Shown one piece after another: positions 34,928 through 34,928 of a stretch of 34,928 nt of DNA. The position numbers and the translations under genes are program-made. The notes beneath the pieces are model-generated. The model worked only from the letters and a program-made list of their open reading frames with translations. It searched no databases and was not told where the DNA came from. The DNA is from a virus (lineage: Duplodnaviria > Caudoviricetes), in IMG/VR virus record IMGVR_UViG_3300020045_002525, positions 1-34,928 of that record; one strand, 5' to 3'. Positions within the stretch are counted from its first letter, which is position 1; each line of letters starts with the position of its first letter.

Positions 34928-34928
34928 T

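Larger units (their letters stand above)
1411..34928 (-). mobile_element. Myovirus-type phage/prophage segment (lambda-like head, Mu-like contractile tail), probable Bacteroidota host
   Basis: Co-oriented terminase, portal, protease, capsid, sheath, tube, tape measure, baseplate, endolysin and RecT/exonuclease genes; Bacteroidota-type promoters. No integrase or phage attachment site is visible in the window. Confidence 0.95.

Noticed and set aside
1-34928. tRNA, rRNA, integrase or transposase genes
   Set aside because: None recognised; intergenic gaps are short and AT-rich. No covariance search was run.

Overview
About 33.5 kb (~1411-34928) of this window is an AT-rich tailed-phage or prophage genome segment, with all credible genes on the minus strand. 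The host is very probably Bacteroidota (Flavobacterium-like), judged from TTTG-N19-21-TAnnTTTG promoters and A-rich translation starts that lack an SD motif. Read right to left, it has a lambda-type head module (gpA-like terminase, gpW-like protein, portal, S49 protease/scaffold, decoration protein, gpE-like capsid) and a Mu-type contractile tail (sheath, tube, frameshifted chaperones, short tape measure, gp43-48-like baseplate in rearranged order, two paralogous fibre genes). An early block follows (HTH protein, Pol-beta-family nucleotidyltransferase, RecT-like annealase, YqaJ-like exonuclease). Fibre/lectin genes and the lysis genes sit between portal and protease. The first ~1.41 kb is compositionally foreign (visibly higher GC; GT4 + GT2 glycosyltransferases) and is fused in frame to the first ~23 codons of a phage gene, so it is a chimeric junction (assembly artefact or recent recombination). 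The most striking feature is at the right end: an integron-type gene cassette (34203-34643) with complementary core sites and a full attC-like hairpin. Its ORF is inverted relative to normal cassettes, starting inside the attC loop and stopping in the core site. It sits at an attI-like site where a small ribbon-helix-helix gene occupies the usual intI position. All protein calls come from motif recognition and synteny; no searches were run.
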